A stretch of 64,000 nucleotides of DNA from Octopus sinensis (Eukaryota). Below are positions 14,876 to 28,432 of this stretch, in pieces (the stretch's first letter is position 1; every line of letters starts with the position of its first letter). Location: the NCBI RefSeq assembly GCF_006345805.1, contig NC_043020.1:26040001-26104000 (forward strand). The letters are read 5' to 3'. The position numbers and the translations under genes are program-made. A model generated the notes under the pieces. It worked only from the letters and a program-made list of their open reading frames with translations, ran no database searches and had not been told where the DNA came from.

Positions 14876-14946
14876 AATTTATATATAGAGGGCATTATAC
14901 ATACATAACATATAATGTATGTAATAATGCCCTCTATATATAAATT
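14876..14946. repeat. 30-bp hairpin abutting (TA)n
   Basis: aatttatatatagagggcattatacataca ... tgtatgtaataatgccctctatatataaatt, one-base bulge. Confidence 0.8.
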
Positions 14947-15063
14947 AATATGTTCAATAAGAAATAATTATTTTCGAAATTTTTTCTCTATGAGGTTTTT
15001 TACGCTATCTACCTGACAATTTCTTGTTAAGTTTTCCTTATTAAGTAGTTGTCCTAAATTGCT

Positions 15064-15095
<32 letters not shown>

Positions 15096-15195
15096 NNNNN
15101 NNNNNNNNNNNNNNNNNNNNNNNNNNNNNNNNNNNNNNNNNNNNNNNNNNNNNNNNNNNNNNNNNNNNNNNNNNNNNNNNNNNNNNNNNNNNNNN
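15096..15195. other. Assembly gap (100 N)
   Basis: Run of exactly 100 N between (TA)n and (GA)n tracts. Confidence 1.
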
Positions 15196-15474
15196 GAGAG
15201 AGAGAGTGGAGACAGGGAGAAAGAGAGAGAGAGAGAAGGGGGAGAGATACATACATACATAGACAAATTCATGGTTAATATCTCGTATTGTTTTGTATAT
15301 TTCGTATTGTTGTATCATTCAAGAATAATTCACTGCGTAACTTTAACTGTTCTTTTATAATGTTTATTATTATTACATAATAAAATTTCAGTCATTTGTG
15401 GTTCTGTTATTGAGAAATACAATCATAGGACACCCAACGCACAACACAGACACACATGCACATACACACACAAG

Positions 15475-15526
<52 letters not shown>

Positions 15527-15536
15527 CATACAAATA

Positions 15537-15580
<44 letters not shown>

Positions 15581-16586
15581 CATTTATGGATATATACGAT
15601 AGATGACAATGGTTTGTTTATCTTGTGAGTAACGGTGTGAAATACTGAGTCAATGTGTGTGTGTGCGCGCAATTGTGCATGTATCTATGCATGAATAGAT
15701 GTATATTCGTGTATATACATACGTCTCTAATGTGTCTACCTTTCTCTCTGTATCTGTAGCCATTTATATACAACTGTATATTAGTATAAGTATATATACC
15801 AAACTATATATATATATGTGTGTGTGGTGCGTGTGTGTAAGTATATATATATATATATATACCTACACACATACACTGAGTCACACATACGTATATATGT
15901 ATATATATAAACACACGCGCACACACGGACAGGTTGTGCCTGTATACATAATTAACTAGATGGTATGATGGAGAGCTTCTCTAACATATCCATACTTTTA
16001 TCACTTTCGATTAATAAAGACCCACTCAATCACGTAGTCAGACACTTACACAAACTCTCTCAAACACAACACACACACACACACACACAGAGAAACTGTC
16101 TCTCTCTCTCTCTCTCTCTCTCTTTCTCACACACACAGAGTGAAACACACACTAAGTCACATACTAGCAACCAGTTTAATGACCCGGCTTCATAAATCTA
16201 CACTCTATAACTATGCCTATCCAAATATCACAACAATTTCTTCACATCTTCACACGTTTCGTTCCTTATACCGGCCAACCAACACCAGCGTGCGTGTTCC
16301 TGCGTTAATTTCAATTTGTGCTTGCTCTAAATTTTTCTCCCAGACGGCATTGGCTTTGCGAAACCTCTATCGAGAATTCCCAGAACCAATCAAAGATTCA
16401 TTAATATGTCGGCTACTTTTCTCTTGGATTTGCTCTCTAATATTAATGACACCGAGTCCTGGCTGCGTTCAATTGAAAGGTCTTTCAACGTCACATGACT
16501 TCCAATTAATCATTCATACTCACCGTCTCGTCTTTCAATGAACACTTCGTCATATCTAGATAGATATCGATAACATATACATACAT

Positions 16587-16664
<78 letters not shown>

Positions 16665-16804
16665 TTATATGTATAATACACACATATATGTGTATATATA
16701 TATATACATATATATATGTACATATACATCTATATACATGTACATATACGTCATATATATATATACATATACATCATGTATATATGCATATATCTATATA
16801 TATG

Positions 16805-16836
<32 letters not shown>

Positions 16837-16964
16837 TACATAGATAGATAGATACATACATAGATACATAGGTAGATAGATAGATAGACAGACAGATAGA
16901 GAGAAAGCTAGATAGATACGTTCATACATATATGCATGCATACATACATACATACATACATACA

Positions 16965-16998
<34 letters not shown>

Positions 16999-17220
16999 CA
17001 TGCATACATACATACGTACGTACATACATTGGGATTTTTATAAGATATGCTACAAGGTCATAAACAGTAGAATTCGTCCTTATTTACAACACAATCTTAT
17101 AAACATACGTTATCCGCCTGCTGCGTCTCTCTAGCTCTCTCTCTACGTAGTTATTTATTTATCTTTCTACTTACCTATTTATGAATCAATGTCTTTCGCT
17201 GTGGGTATTTATATATGAAT

Positions 17221-17663
17221 AGGGTAAAGACCCCTTTCGGTCAAGTGTGACTATGGGATTGCACCTAGAAGGTCTCTTGCCGAGGCAAGAGGCCAGGCAA
17301 GTTTGTTTATGGAAGACGACAGTTACTCATGCATACCAACCTCCATTCGCTACGCCACCAGTGTTATCCAAGGTGAAAGGCAAAGGGGCTGATACAACTT
17401 GGCGCCAGTGATGTCACAACTCATTTCTACAGCTGAACTGGAGCAACGGGAATAAAGTGTCTTGCTCAAGAACGCAACATGCAGCCCGCTCCGAGAATCG
17501 AACTCACAAAGACACCATTCTGTCATGAATGACCATGGGATTGCACCTTGCAACTTCGCTTCCGAGGCACAAGTCCGGGCAAGGTTGTTTATGGAAGACC
17601 AGCAGTCGCCCATGCATATCACCCTTCCCTCTCCTCGCCACCGATATCATCCAAGGGAAAGGC

Positions 17664-17665
<2 letters not shown>
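17221..17665 (-). mobile_element. SINE-D, two tandem partial copies
   Basis: gac(t/c)atgggattgcacc..tttatggaagac..catgcata..atccaagg occurs twice. B-box-like gagttcgattctc on the minus strand near 17500. Confidence 0.7.
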
Positions 17666-17723
<58 letters not shown>

Positions 17724-18440
17724 TGGAGAATAGGATGATGAGTATGATGGAGGAGGAGGGCGATGGGGATGATGATGGATGGAGGAGGAGGATGAGGAGG
17801 ATGAGGAGGTAGAGGAGGATCAGGATGATGAAGATGACGGTATTATGAGGCAGAAGTGCAGAGGAGACAAAGGAGAATGACGAGAAGAATGAGAACCACT
17901 CCGTCGACGACGTCAACTATGAAGGTGTTGTTAGCGTTTTCGATCTCTGTTGCCTCCTTGATCCGCTACTGCTGCTGCTACCAGTGCTGCTGCTGTTGAT
18001 GTTGTTGCTGTTACTGTTGTCGCTATCGCGGTGTTGTTGTTGGTGGTGGTGGTGATAATTAGAATGTTCTTTGTTTCTATTTCAATCCTTAAAAATGACG
18101 TCGAATACTTTACCTAATTTTTTTAAACCTACACGGAAAAAAAAGCCACGATAAGAAATATCACGACTGCAATCACACGACTCTATTAAGAAAGGCATTC
18201 AATAAATAACTGCTGTTTGTAAACGTATGTAAAAAAGACATGCATATCCTTCTCTCTCTCTCTCTCTCTCTCTCTCCCTATATATATATATATATATACA
18301 GAAAGAGAGAGAGAGTGAGAACGAGATAGAGAGAGAAAGACAAAGAGATAGAGAGACAGAGTCAAAAAACTCGAGCAATTGCTTTTAATTTCAAAAAATC
18401 TTAATTCAAATATTATGACTGCAGGAAGAGCTCTGTGTGA

Positions 18441-18507
<67 letters not shown>

Positions 18508-18508
18508 C

Positions 18509-18644
18509 ACAAGTATATACAGTTATATAAATATAATTATAAAAATAAGGCCATTAAGGAATAGCGCCACATGTTAGAAATGAACGCGCTTTTCATTAGT
18601 GCCCTTATTTTTATAACCATATTTATATAATTGTATATACTTGT
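18509..18644. repeat. Imperfect hairpin, ~60-bp arms, next to (TA)n
   Basis: acaagtatatacagttatataaatataattataaaaataagg pairs with ccttatttttataaccatatttatataattgtatatacttgt. Inner arms are more diverged; loop about 18 nt. Confidence 0.75.
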
Positions 18645-18718
18645 ATTATTATTAGCTGCATGGTTCATTTCATGCTGGGCACTTCATAAAAACCTCATAA
18701 ATATTTTATCCGTGATTA

Positions 18719-18763
<45 letters not shown>

Positions 18764-18938
18764 GTATACATACATACATGCATATATGTATATATATCTC
18801 ATATATATATATATAAATATCGTATATATATATTTATGCACGCACATACACACATATATTATATCCCCTGCAGGTAGAACAATATGGAATGATAATAATA
18901 GTGATAACAACAGCAAAAACAACAAGAACAACAACTAC

Positions 18939-19023
<85 letters not shown>

Positions 19024-19975
19024 TGATGACGATGATGATGATGATGATGATAATAATTAGATTGCAGTTAAATTATTCCGACTTAGACTATTACTCTGAA
19101 ACCTTTCTAAAGCACAACAATATGCATTGAATACCGGATTATCACATTCAAATTATTTTAAAATTAATTACTAAATATTCCGAAATAATGTATTATTGCC
19201 AAAATACTTATACCACTATAAATCCGTTTCGAGAATAAGGATTAGGAAAAAATATTTGTAGAGTAAAATCATATCAAATTACTTTATTATACTTTCCTAA
19301 ATCCATAGTTGCAAAATACATAATGAGATACTTTAAAATATATAATTACAAACCGGTTTCCCCTTTTATAATACATATTCATTGCTATTTACAGGTGGAA
19401 TGGCTTCATACTAGCCATCACCTAATACGAGGTGATGCTAAAATACTGTGCCGGCTGCTTGGCAAGAAGTTGGGGAAACCACATTTGTCATTTACGACAG
19501 GAAAAACTGAAAAAGAAATAACACAAAAACACAGGGGGGGGGGTGTAGTAAGAATCTTATTTCCTAACCACATGTTTTCGGGTTCAGTCCCACTCCATAG
19601 CACATTGAGCTATTGTCTTCTACTAAATCCTCGGTCTCGCCAAGGACTTGTGAGTGAATTTGGTAGACGAAAACTGAAACAAGCCTGCCGTATGTATATA
19701 TATATATATATGTATGTATGTATGTATGTGTGTGTATGTATCTATATGTATGTGTGTGTATGAGAGAGAGAGTGTGTGTGATGCGTGTGCATGCGTGTGT
19801 GTCTGTGTATATTTGTGTGTCTGTGTTTGACCCCACCACCATCGCGTTTACCCATAAGTTAGCGGTTCGGCAAAAAGGACTGTTAGAATAAGTACTAAGC
19901 TTGCAAATGATACGATTAAAGGCGATGCTACATCATGGCCGTAGGCAAATAATTGAAATACATAAAACCGTAATA

Positions 19976-20153
19976 CAATAATCATTCGACTATCGCGATT
20001 GCTACGTTCCAAAAGCCCGCGTGATAGGTGAAAATCCGCGAAGTAGAAACAGTTCGTTACAGTGTATTTTTTACCATTTTTAGTAGGAAGAATCGATGAA
20101 AGCTTTAATGATAAACCGCGATGGGTGAAGCGCGATATGGCGAGGGATTACTG
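19976..20153. mobile_element. Tc1/mariner (pogo/Tigger-like) MITE with TA target duplication
   Basis: TA|caataatcattcgactatcgcg ... cgcgatatggcgagggattactg|TA: imperfect ~22-bp TIRs of the CAGTAATCCCTCG type. Confidence 0.6.
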
Positions 20154-20223
20154 TAAACTCATACACTTATATTGTGAATCTAACGTATACCATTAGCGTT
20201 GCAATAACACATGCATTCGTATA

Positions 20224-21125
20224 AAGGCGGCGAGCTGGCAGAACCGTTAGCACGCCGGACGAAATGCATAGCAGTATTTTGTCTGCCGCTACGTTCTGAG
20301 TTCAAATTCCGCCGAGGTCGACTTTGCCTTTCATCATTTCGGGGTCGATTAAATAAGTACCAGTTACGTACTGGGGTCGCTATAATCGACTTAATCCGTT
20401 TGTCTGTCCTTGTTGTCCTCTCTGTATTTAGCCCATTGTGGGTAGTAAAGAATAGGTATTTCCTCTGTCTTTACGTTCTGTGTTCAAATTCCGCCGAGGT
20501 CGACTTTGCCTTTCATCATTTCGGGGTCGATTAAATAAGTACCAGTTACGTACTGGGGTCGCTATAATCGACTTAATCCGTTTGTCTGTCCTTGTTTGTC
20601 CTCTCTGTATTTAGCCCATTGTGGGTAGTAAAGAAATAGGTATTTCCTCTGTCTTTACGTTCTGTGTTCAAATTCCGCCGAGGTCGACTTTGCCTTTCAT
20701 CCTTTTCGGGTCGATTAAATAAGTACCAGTTGCGCACTGGGGTCGCTATAATCGACTTAATCCGTTTGTCTGTCCTGGTTTGTCCTCTCGTATTTAGCCC
20801 ATGTGGGTAGTAGAATAGGTATTTCCTCTGTCTTTACGTTCTGTGTTCAAATTCCGCCGAGGTCGACTTTGCCTTTCATCCTTTTCGGGTCGATTAAATA
20901 AGTACCAGTTGCGCACTGGGGTCAATATAATCGACTTAATTCGTTTGTCTGTCCTTGTTTGTCCCCTCTGTGTGTAGCCCCTTGTGGGCAGTAAAGAAAT
21001 AAGAAATGTTAGCACGCCGAGTTCAACTTTACCTTTTATCCTTTCGGAATCGATAAATTAAGTACCAGTTGCATTCTGGGGTCGTTCTAATCGACTGTCC
21101 CGAAAAATTTTGGGCCTTGTGCCTC
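20224..21125 (+). mobile_element. SINE-A tandem array: one full head plus ~180-bp monomers
   Basis: Head ggcggcgagctggcagaa (A-box-like) .. gagttcaaattcc (B-box-like). The core gtcgactttgcctttcatc..aagtaccag recurs at about 180-bp spacing four times, followed by a partial unit with the alternative tail. Confidence 0.9.
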
Positions 21126-23039
21126 GAGGAGAAAACCATTACACATACATATTTCATGTGTTTTTCGTTCTTTTATTACACTTCGAAATAAACATATGCA
21201 GAGGTTTAACAACACACAAATACTCATACCACTATACTGCAGACACACATACACAGTTACTCACGCAAACACGCTTCCGGAGACACTTTATAAATACACT
21301 TACAAACGTATTTTTACAAACACAAATTGAAGTAAATAATTTTTAGATATAAAAAAAACAAAACAAGACTAAAAGATTTCATCGGTAAATGTAATTCGAA
21401 ATAAGGTTTTCATATTAACTGTTCATTTAGCACTTTTAAATTCTGGATAATTCAGAATGCCAAAGAAAAGAATAACCCTCCAGGGAGATTATTTTTAAAT
21501 GATGATGTTGTACTTGTTGTTGCTGGTGTTGTTGTTGCCGCTGTTCGTCCCCACCACCACCAACACCCCGTTGTTTTGTTGTTGTTCTTTGATACTTCTC
21601 CTTGTCATACCATCAATTCACTTAAGTAGACCATCAACATGTTCATATAGAGAAATAAATAAATATTAACATTATTCATTTTTCTTTCATTTTTTTTTTG
21701 CAAAAACTGATAAAATAACACGAATATTAAAATAAAAATATATATGTTTATACATACAAAAAAAATAAAATTCCTAACACAGAATTGTAACAATATAATA
21801 AAAAAAATGAAACACTACATCCGAAAGAAAAAAATAAGTCGAATACTATTAAATGTATTTGAAAGAAAAATATCACGCGAATTCTGATCTGATTGACATT
21901 TTCTTTCTTAAATCATCCAAAATATTTTTCTCCAAGGCATTGCTTCTTCATATAAAAGAAAATTAAACAGTTATTCACAAATGAATGATTTATAATCGAG
22001 ATCTTTTATCATTACAAAACCGATTTTATTCTCATTTTATTTTATTTTTAAAAAATTTGTTTTAATTATCCTGTTTTATTTCATTTGTTGCTTTTCATAT
22101 CTTTGTCATGTTTGTTTTTGTTTATACCACTACCAGTATTATCATCACCATCGTCATCATCATCATCTTCTTCATCATCATCTTCTTCGTCATCATTTGT
22201 TCGTTATGGTAGTATGTTGTTTTGGCCATGGAATTAACATTTTTCTGTAACAGTAATAATATTAATGTTAATATTATTTATTATTTCTCATATGTGTGTT
22301 TTTCAGTGTATAAGATGTCCCTTATAGGAAAGCCTCTATCGACCCCGACTCACATCACCAAGAAACAGATTTTAATTGATTTACATAACCATGATGTATA
22401 TCATTGGTAATTCATTGCCGTGTAGCGTTAAATACTATACATATCATCTGTTGGCGTAACATTTACCACTCTTAACACATGTGTTTTAATCTATCTTGAA
22501 AACTATGTGTCATACACACAAACATGGAAGCCATTGCAGAAAATAATATTTAGTAAGAAAAACACACAAAAAAAAACGCTAATTTCATTTCATAAAATAA
22601 ACTAGAATATGTCTTCAGGCTGTCATTTTTCTCCAAGTTGCTCGTTAACATATTTAAGTCAGACAACAGCAAAACTACAAAATGGAAATAAATGAAGGGT
22701 TTGAAAGGAGAAAGATCGTGAATAAAAATTAACCAATGACAAATATTAATTTTTGCTAATTGGCTGAAGCCAGGAGACGACTAAAAAGAAGAGTGTTGTC
22801 TTATTAAGATCGTACATATTCTTTGCTACGACATTTAGGATTTAGTGTTCGTGCTGATGCGCACGTAGGAGTGTCACGAAATAGATAATTCAGATGCTGC
22901 AGAAATATGGAGTTGGTTAGGGGCGTCAGTATGCCTGGAAAGTAATCATTAAATTCCTATGGAGATAAGGCTGCGAAGTGGCAATATAATTACAGTGCCA
23001 GGTTGAATATGTGCGGCGGCGGATATATATGTATGTGAA

Positions 23040-23078
<39 letters not shown>

Positions 23079-23251
23079 TAAATATTAGGGAATAAATCCA
23101 AATTTACAGGGAAAAAAATCAGATTTATGATTAAATCGATTTTATAGTAAAATATTATAAAATATTATTCGAGACAAAACCACTATTTTGCAAAACAAAC
23201 AAGGAAAGACTAATTAATACATAAAATTTTAATAAATAGTCAAAAAAACCG

Positions 23252-23294
23252 CCACTACAATCGTTTCTTGTCTTGATCGACAATCTTCAGGTGG
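23252..23294 (-). ncRNA. Mirror copy of the minimal hammerhead-like motif (left arm of palindrome)
   Basis: Exact reverse complement of 23354-23396. Confidence 0.6.
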
Positions 23295-23353
23295 ACTTCC
23301 AATAATTCAGTGTCAAATTATGAAGTCTAATTTGACACTGAATTATTGGAAGT

Positions 23354-23396
23354 CCACCTGAAGATTGTCGATCAAGACAAGAAACGATTGTAGTGG
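23354..23396 (+). ncRNA. Minimal type I hammerhead-like motif (right arm of palindrome)
   Basis: CCAC CUGAAGA UUGUC-GAUCAA-GACAA GAA AC-GAUU-GU A / GUGG. Core and all three stems are present with a GUA triplet. Stem II is closed by U-A rather than the usual G-C. Confidence 0.6.
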
Positions 23397-23477
23397 CGGT
23401 TTTTTTGACTATTTATTAAAATTTTATGTATTAATTAGTCTTTCCTTGTTTTGGAAATAGTGGTTTTGTCTCGAATA

Positions 23478-23610
<133 letters not shown>

Positions 23611-23678
23611 GGGTCCGGGTCTCAGTCATTACTGTTTGTAAACCCGTGGTTTCCTGTTGAATATATATATTATATATA

Positions 23679-24085
23679 GGTGCAGGAGTGGCTGTGTGGT
23701 AAGTAGCTTGCTAACCGACCACATGGTTCCGGGTTCAGTCCCACTGCGTGGCATCTTGGGCAAGTGTCTTCTGCTATAGCCTCGGGCCGACCAATGCCTT
23801 GTGAGTGAATTTGGTAGACGGAAACTGAAAGAAGCTTGTCGTATATATGTATATATATATATGTATGTGTGTGTGTTTGTGTGTCTGTGTTTGTTCCCCT
23901 AGCATTGCTTGACAACCGATGCTGGTGTGTTTACATCCCCGTCACTTAGTGGTTCGGCAAAAAGAGACCGATAGAATAAGTACTGGGCTTACAAAAAGAA
24001 TAAGTCCCGGGGTCGAGTTGCTCGACTAAAGGCGGTGCTCCAGCATGGCCGCAGTCAAATGAATGAAACAAGTAAAAAGAGTAAA
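23679..24085 (+). mobile_element. SINE-B (tRNA-like head, internal TA/TG microsatellite, (AAAAGAGT)n-like tail), full length
   Basis: ggtgcaggagtggctgtgtggtaag..ggttcagtccc..cttgggcaagtgtctt..gtagacggaaactgaaagaag..(TA/TG)..cttgacaaccgatgctgg..gcggtgctccagcatggccgcagtcaaatga. Further copies: 28-235(+), 8333-8430(-), 11265-11400(+), 19543-19967(+), 25300-25430(-), 26972-27255(-), 28110-28310(-), 28580-28742(-), 31205-31430(-), 32335-32465(-). Confidence 0.88.
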
Positions 24086-24104
24086 AAAAAAAAGAATATA
24101 TATA

Positions 24105-24735
24105 TAAGGGTAAAATGGGAAAAATCAACTAAAATGCATATTGTAGATATAAAAAGGCTATTTATAACAGGTAGTGACAAATATATACATCTAGAGTATT
24201 ACTAGTCAAACAGGTCATTATTATTGATGATTATAAGAAGTTAATAATAATAATACTAATAATAAGGTAAGAGACTGAAACGAACCTATTGGTTCAAACG
24301 ATGAATAGCTAACGAGAAAAACCAAGGCGGTAAGCTGGAAGAAACGTTAGCATGCCGGGCGAAATGCGTAGCCGTATTTCGTCTGCCGTTACGTTCTGAG
24401 TTCAAATTCCGCCGAGGTCGACTTTGCCTTTCATCCTTTCGGGATCGATAAATTAAGTACCAGTTACGCTCTGGGGTAGATGTAATCGACTTAATCTGTT
24501 TGTCTGTCCTTGTTTGTCTCCTCTGTGTTTAGCCGCTTGAGGGTAGTAAAGAAATAGGTTCGTTTCAGTCTCTTACCTTATTATTATTATTATTATTAAC
24601 TTCTTATAATCATCAATAATAATGACCTGTTTGACTAGTAATACTCTAAATGTATATATTTGTCAGTACCTGTCATAAATAGCCTTTTTATATCTACAAT
24701 ATGCATTTTCGTTGATTTTTCACATTTTACCCTTA
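24105..24735. repeat. ~185-bp inverted repeat enclosing a complete SINE-A
   Basis: 24105-24290 is the reverse complement of 24553-24735 with a handful of substitutions. The spacer is about 35 bp of unique DNA plus a SINE at 24326-24558. Confidence 0.9.
24326..24558 (+). mobile_element. SINE-A monomer
   Basis: Complete head, core and tail 1. Confidence 0.9.
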
Positions 24736-24994
24736 CATTTCCACGTGTATTTTATATTATTTTTTTTTCAAAGTATATTTCAACTATATATATAAATATA
24801 TATGCCATGTCTCAGCGGTCAAAGTATATGTATGCATGCTAATATATGACCTACGTTGGACTGCTCATTCGCATAAACACCGAACCTGGAGCTTAACTAT
24901 AGTCTGTCCATATCACTTACTCAGCATTACCTGACACATTTGGGTCTTCTTGGCACCAGTACCTCTCCCTCTATATATACACACACACACACAC

Positions 24995-25066
<72 letters not shown>

Positions 25067-27172
25067 AACAGACAGACAGAGAGACAGAGAGTGAGAGAGA
25101 GTTTGTGTGTGTTTATATGTATATGCATGTATATATATATATTATTTTGTCAGTTCCTTGCTTCTATGTGGATCGCCAGTGGGTGCTTAACAGAATTTTC
25201 AGACGTGTTATAACACACACACACACATATACACACAAACACACACATATGTACGCACACACACACATACCCACACACATGTTAATATACGTCCGATAGG
25301 CTTCCAGTACACTTTCTGTCCACCAACTCTCATCCGAGGCGTCAAGTCGACCCTATAGTGGATATATACTAAAGGTGCAACACTGGGGACCGAATCTAGA
25401 ATGACATTGTCACGAATCGAACGTTAAACAGGGATGTTGGCGCTTATGTTACAGATACGTTTTTGAGAATCAACGGCGAAGAGCAGCAGCGACTGTGCTT
25501 CTCCTATTGGATCTCGAACCTACGACTAAATATTTAATCTTTGTTGTCGTAAGAAAATAAAGAATGCAGAGTATCAAGAATTTTGAAAACTTTACCAAAG
25601 TTGTCGCTCGTTAGAAAAAAAATATTATGATGCCTAGATTATATCTTAGATTTCCCTCCAAAGTTAAGAGTAATTTTTTTTCCAGAGGTAAAGTGTAAAA
25701 TAAAAGATTATACCTCTAAATATAGAAGAGGTGTGAAACGTGTAACAAGGACTTTAACTTCCAGAGATGTTATCTCCTAAAACCGCACATTCTTTGACAC
25801 TTTCTAAAGCATCAGGTGTCTGAAAGAAACCACAATTTGAATAGAAATTCTATATTTTATGGTTTTTCTTTCTCTTTAAACTTCCAATCATTTCACAGTT
25901 TTCTATATAACCGTGGTACTTGCATGAGTATTGTTGCTTCCAATAATACATGTGGCACTTCGTCGGCTACAAAACTGAGTGATCCAAGGGATCTACTCAA
26001 CGAAACGACCTACTCGTATAATTAGCGTACAAGTGGCTGAGTACTCCGTGGACCAGTGTACCTTAACGTTATACTCGAGGTCATTCAGCGTGACATAGAA
26101 TGTGACAAGGCTGCCTCTTTCAATTACAAGCACAAGTCATTTTTGCCAGTGGAATAGACAGGAGCAACGTGAAATAAAGCGCCTTGTGGAAGGATACAAT
26201 GCGTCGTTCCAGGCAATCGAACTCACGCCCTCACACTCGAGAGCCTAATAAGCCAAATACTATACTCGCGCTTCTACTAACATTATATAAATACCAGAAA
26301 AAAAAAGAAGTGTTGGACAGCATAGCTGTGTGATACCATAATCGGTAGAGCATCAGGAAAAATGGCAGAAATATCGCGAATGAAAAAAACAAAAATGGCA
26401 GAAAAATCGCGAAAAGAAAAGAAGAGAAAATAGCTTCGGAAAAACTGGAGGTGAGATGTCGGATTCTTCCGTGCGTCAAATAAAATTGTTTTCGCTATTT
26501 AGTGACGGCTTTTGTAAGTTCTGGTTTCTAGCTTCAAATCCAGTCGAAAGCATCATGTTTGCTTCATATTTCCGGAGCAAATAACATGAAGCAGTATTCA
26601 AGTACAGTGTCGGCAGATTCCTTCTTCTCAAATTTCATACTTTATTCTCATGTAGGAAATCCGTTTTATGAGAGTCTGCTAAAGTCGGATGGGCATCTAC
26701 GACGAATGAAATCGAATATTATTTATTCGGCGATTTTCTAAAGTTTAAAAAACTGAAAAAAAATAAAAGAAATAAATATATAGATTGTGTTCCATAATTT
26801 CTCAAATGCAAGCTTCTGTCTTTGTAGCTGTAAAGTATTTATCGCACATCAATTGCTGGTACTCTATATCAGTAGTTCTCAACCGGGGTCTATGTGATCC
26901 TTAGAAGGCCATATAAGATTTTGTTGTTAAAATTCATTTGCAATAAATGGGTTATACTTCTACAATACTCTTTAGTCTTTACTCTTTTACTTGTTACAGT
27001 CATTTGACTGCGGCCATGCTGGAGCACCACCTTTTAGTCGAGCAAATCGACCCCAGGACTTATTCTTTGTAAGCCTAGTACTTATTCTATCGGTATCTTT
27101 TACCGAACCGCTAAGTTACAGGAATATAAACACACCAGCATCGGTTGTCAAGTGATATTGGGGGACACACAA

Positions 27173-27213
<41 letters not shown>

Positions 27214-28310
27214 TATACATATATACGACGGGCTTTCAGTTACCGTCTACCAAAGCCAATACAGGAAATATTTTAACAATTGCTGAAATACAATTCTTAA
27301 CAAGAGCAACTCCGACAAGGCAACACCAACGTCCTCTCAACAATTAGCTAGAAATAATTTTCAAAATGAGAATATCTGAAATAAATTCGACTGCTTTCAC
27401 AAACGAGAATACTAAAAATGAACCAGACCACTCTCAAAAGTTAGGTAAAAAAAAAATAGAAAAAGAATCCAGAATCGTTGTCCGGTATTGCATCAATCCC
27501 AAAATCTTATCAGTTCGTGCCAGGCATGAGGTGAAATATCTCTGAAAGTTTCCTTTGAATCCATCTAGCGGTTCTTGAGATATCTTGTCCATGGTCACAC
27601 AAGCAAACAAAGAAACATAACTGAAAACAATACCCCCGGCTTTGCTATGGTGAAGGTAATAATATTTGATGATAAAAATGATAGGATCTTTGTAAAACAG
27701 GGAATGGCTACGGGTAAAACTGGAATCAAAAGTAAGAGATGGCTGAGAAACACTGCTTTTCAATGATCACGTGTGCACCACGAATAGGGCGGGTCCTCCG
27801 AATCTGCAAAGGTGTTTCTGCTACTCACATAAACAACTTCGACCAACACGCACCAACCCCTAAAAGGCGAAAATGATCATTATCAATCAAGGTTCCTTAT
27901 ACGTTGAGCGATAAGCTTCTCCATTTCTCATCCACTTCCTTTGCAAAGGAAATGAATTATCTCTTCAAATTTCAGCTCATCTTATCCAGTTTACTGTTCA
28001 CGATTAATTATCGATTAATTCTAAAGGATTTCTTGGAATATTAGCAAATCAGTGGATCTTAGCTTCGACTTTATTACCAGATCTCAGCGTTGAAAATCTT
28101 TTATTGTTCGCTTGCCTCGGTAATTGGACTGCAGCCATGCTGGGTGACCAATTTCAAGTGGATTAGTCGAACAGCTCTCTTGCAATACTTATCTCAAAGC
28201 CTGGTACTCACTCTATCGGTATCTTTTCCAGAAGCGCTGGATGACGGAGACGTGAACGCACCAACTCCTGACTTCACGCGGTGGTGGATGATTGGCACAC
28301 ATCTATATGT

Positions 28311-28432
<122 letters not shown>

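Noticed and set aside
16524-16555. Minus-strand 32-nt exon candidate with GTGAGT donor near CCAAT and CRE-like motifs
   Set aside because: The acceptor lacks a polypyrimidine tract and no linked exon was found. The short motifs are expected by chance.
17175-17198. Minus-strand micro-exon with ccacag acceptor and gtaagt donor
   Set aside because: The 24-nt segment has stops in all three frames.
20224-21000. Regularly spaced repeats resembling a CRISPR array (also 53287-54660)
   Set aside because: Units are ~180-bp SINE monomers with no unique spacers. The context is eukaryotic and there are no cas genes.
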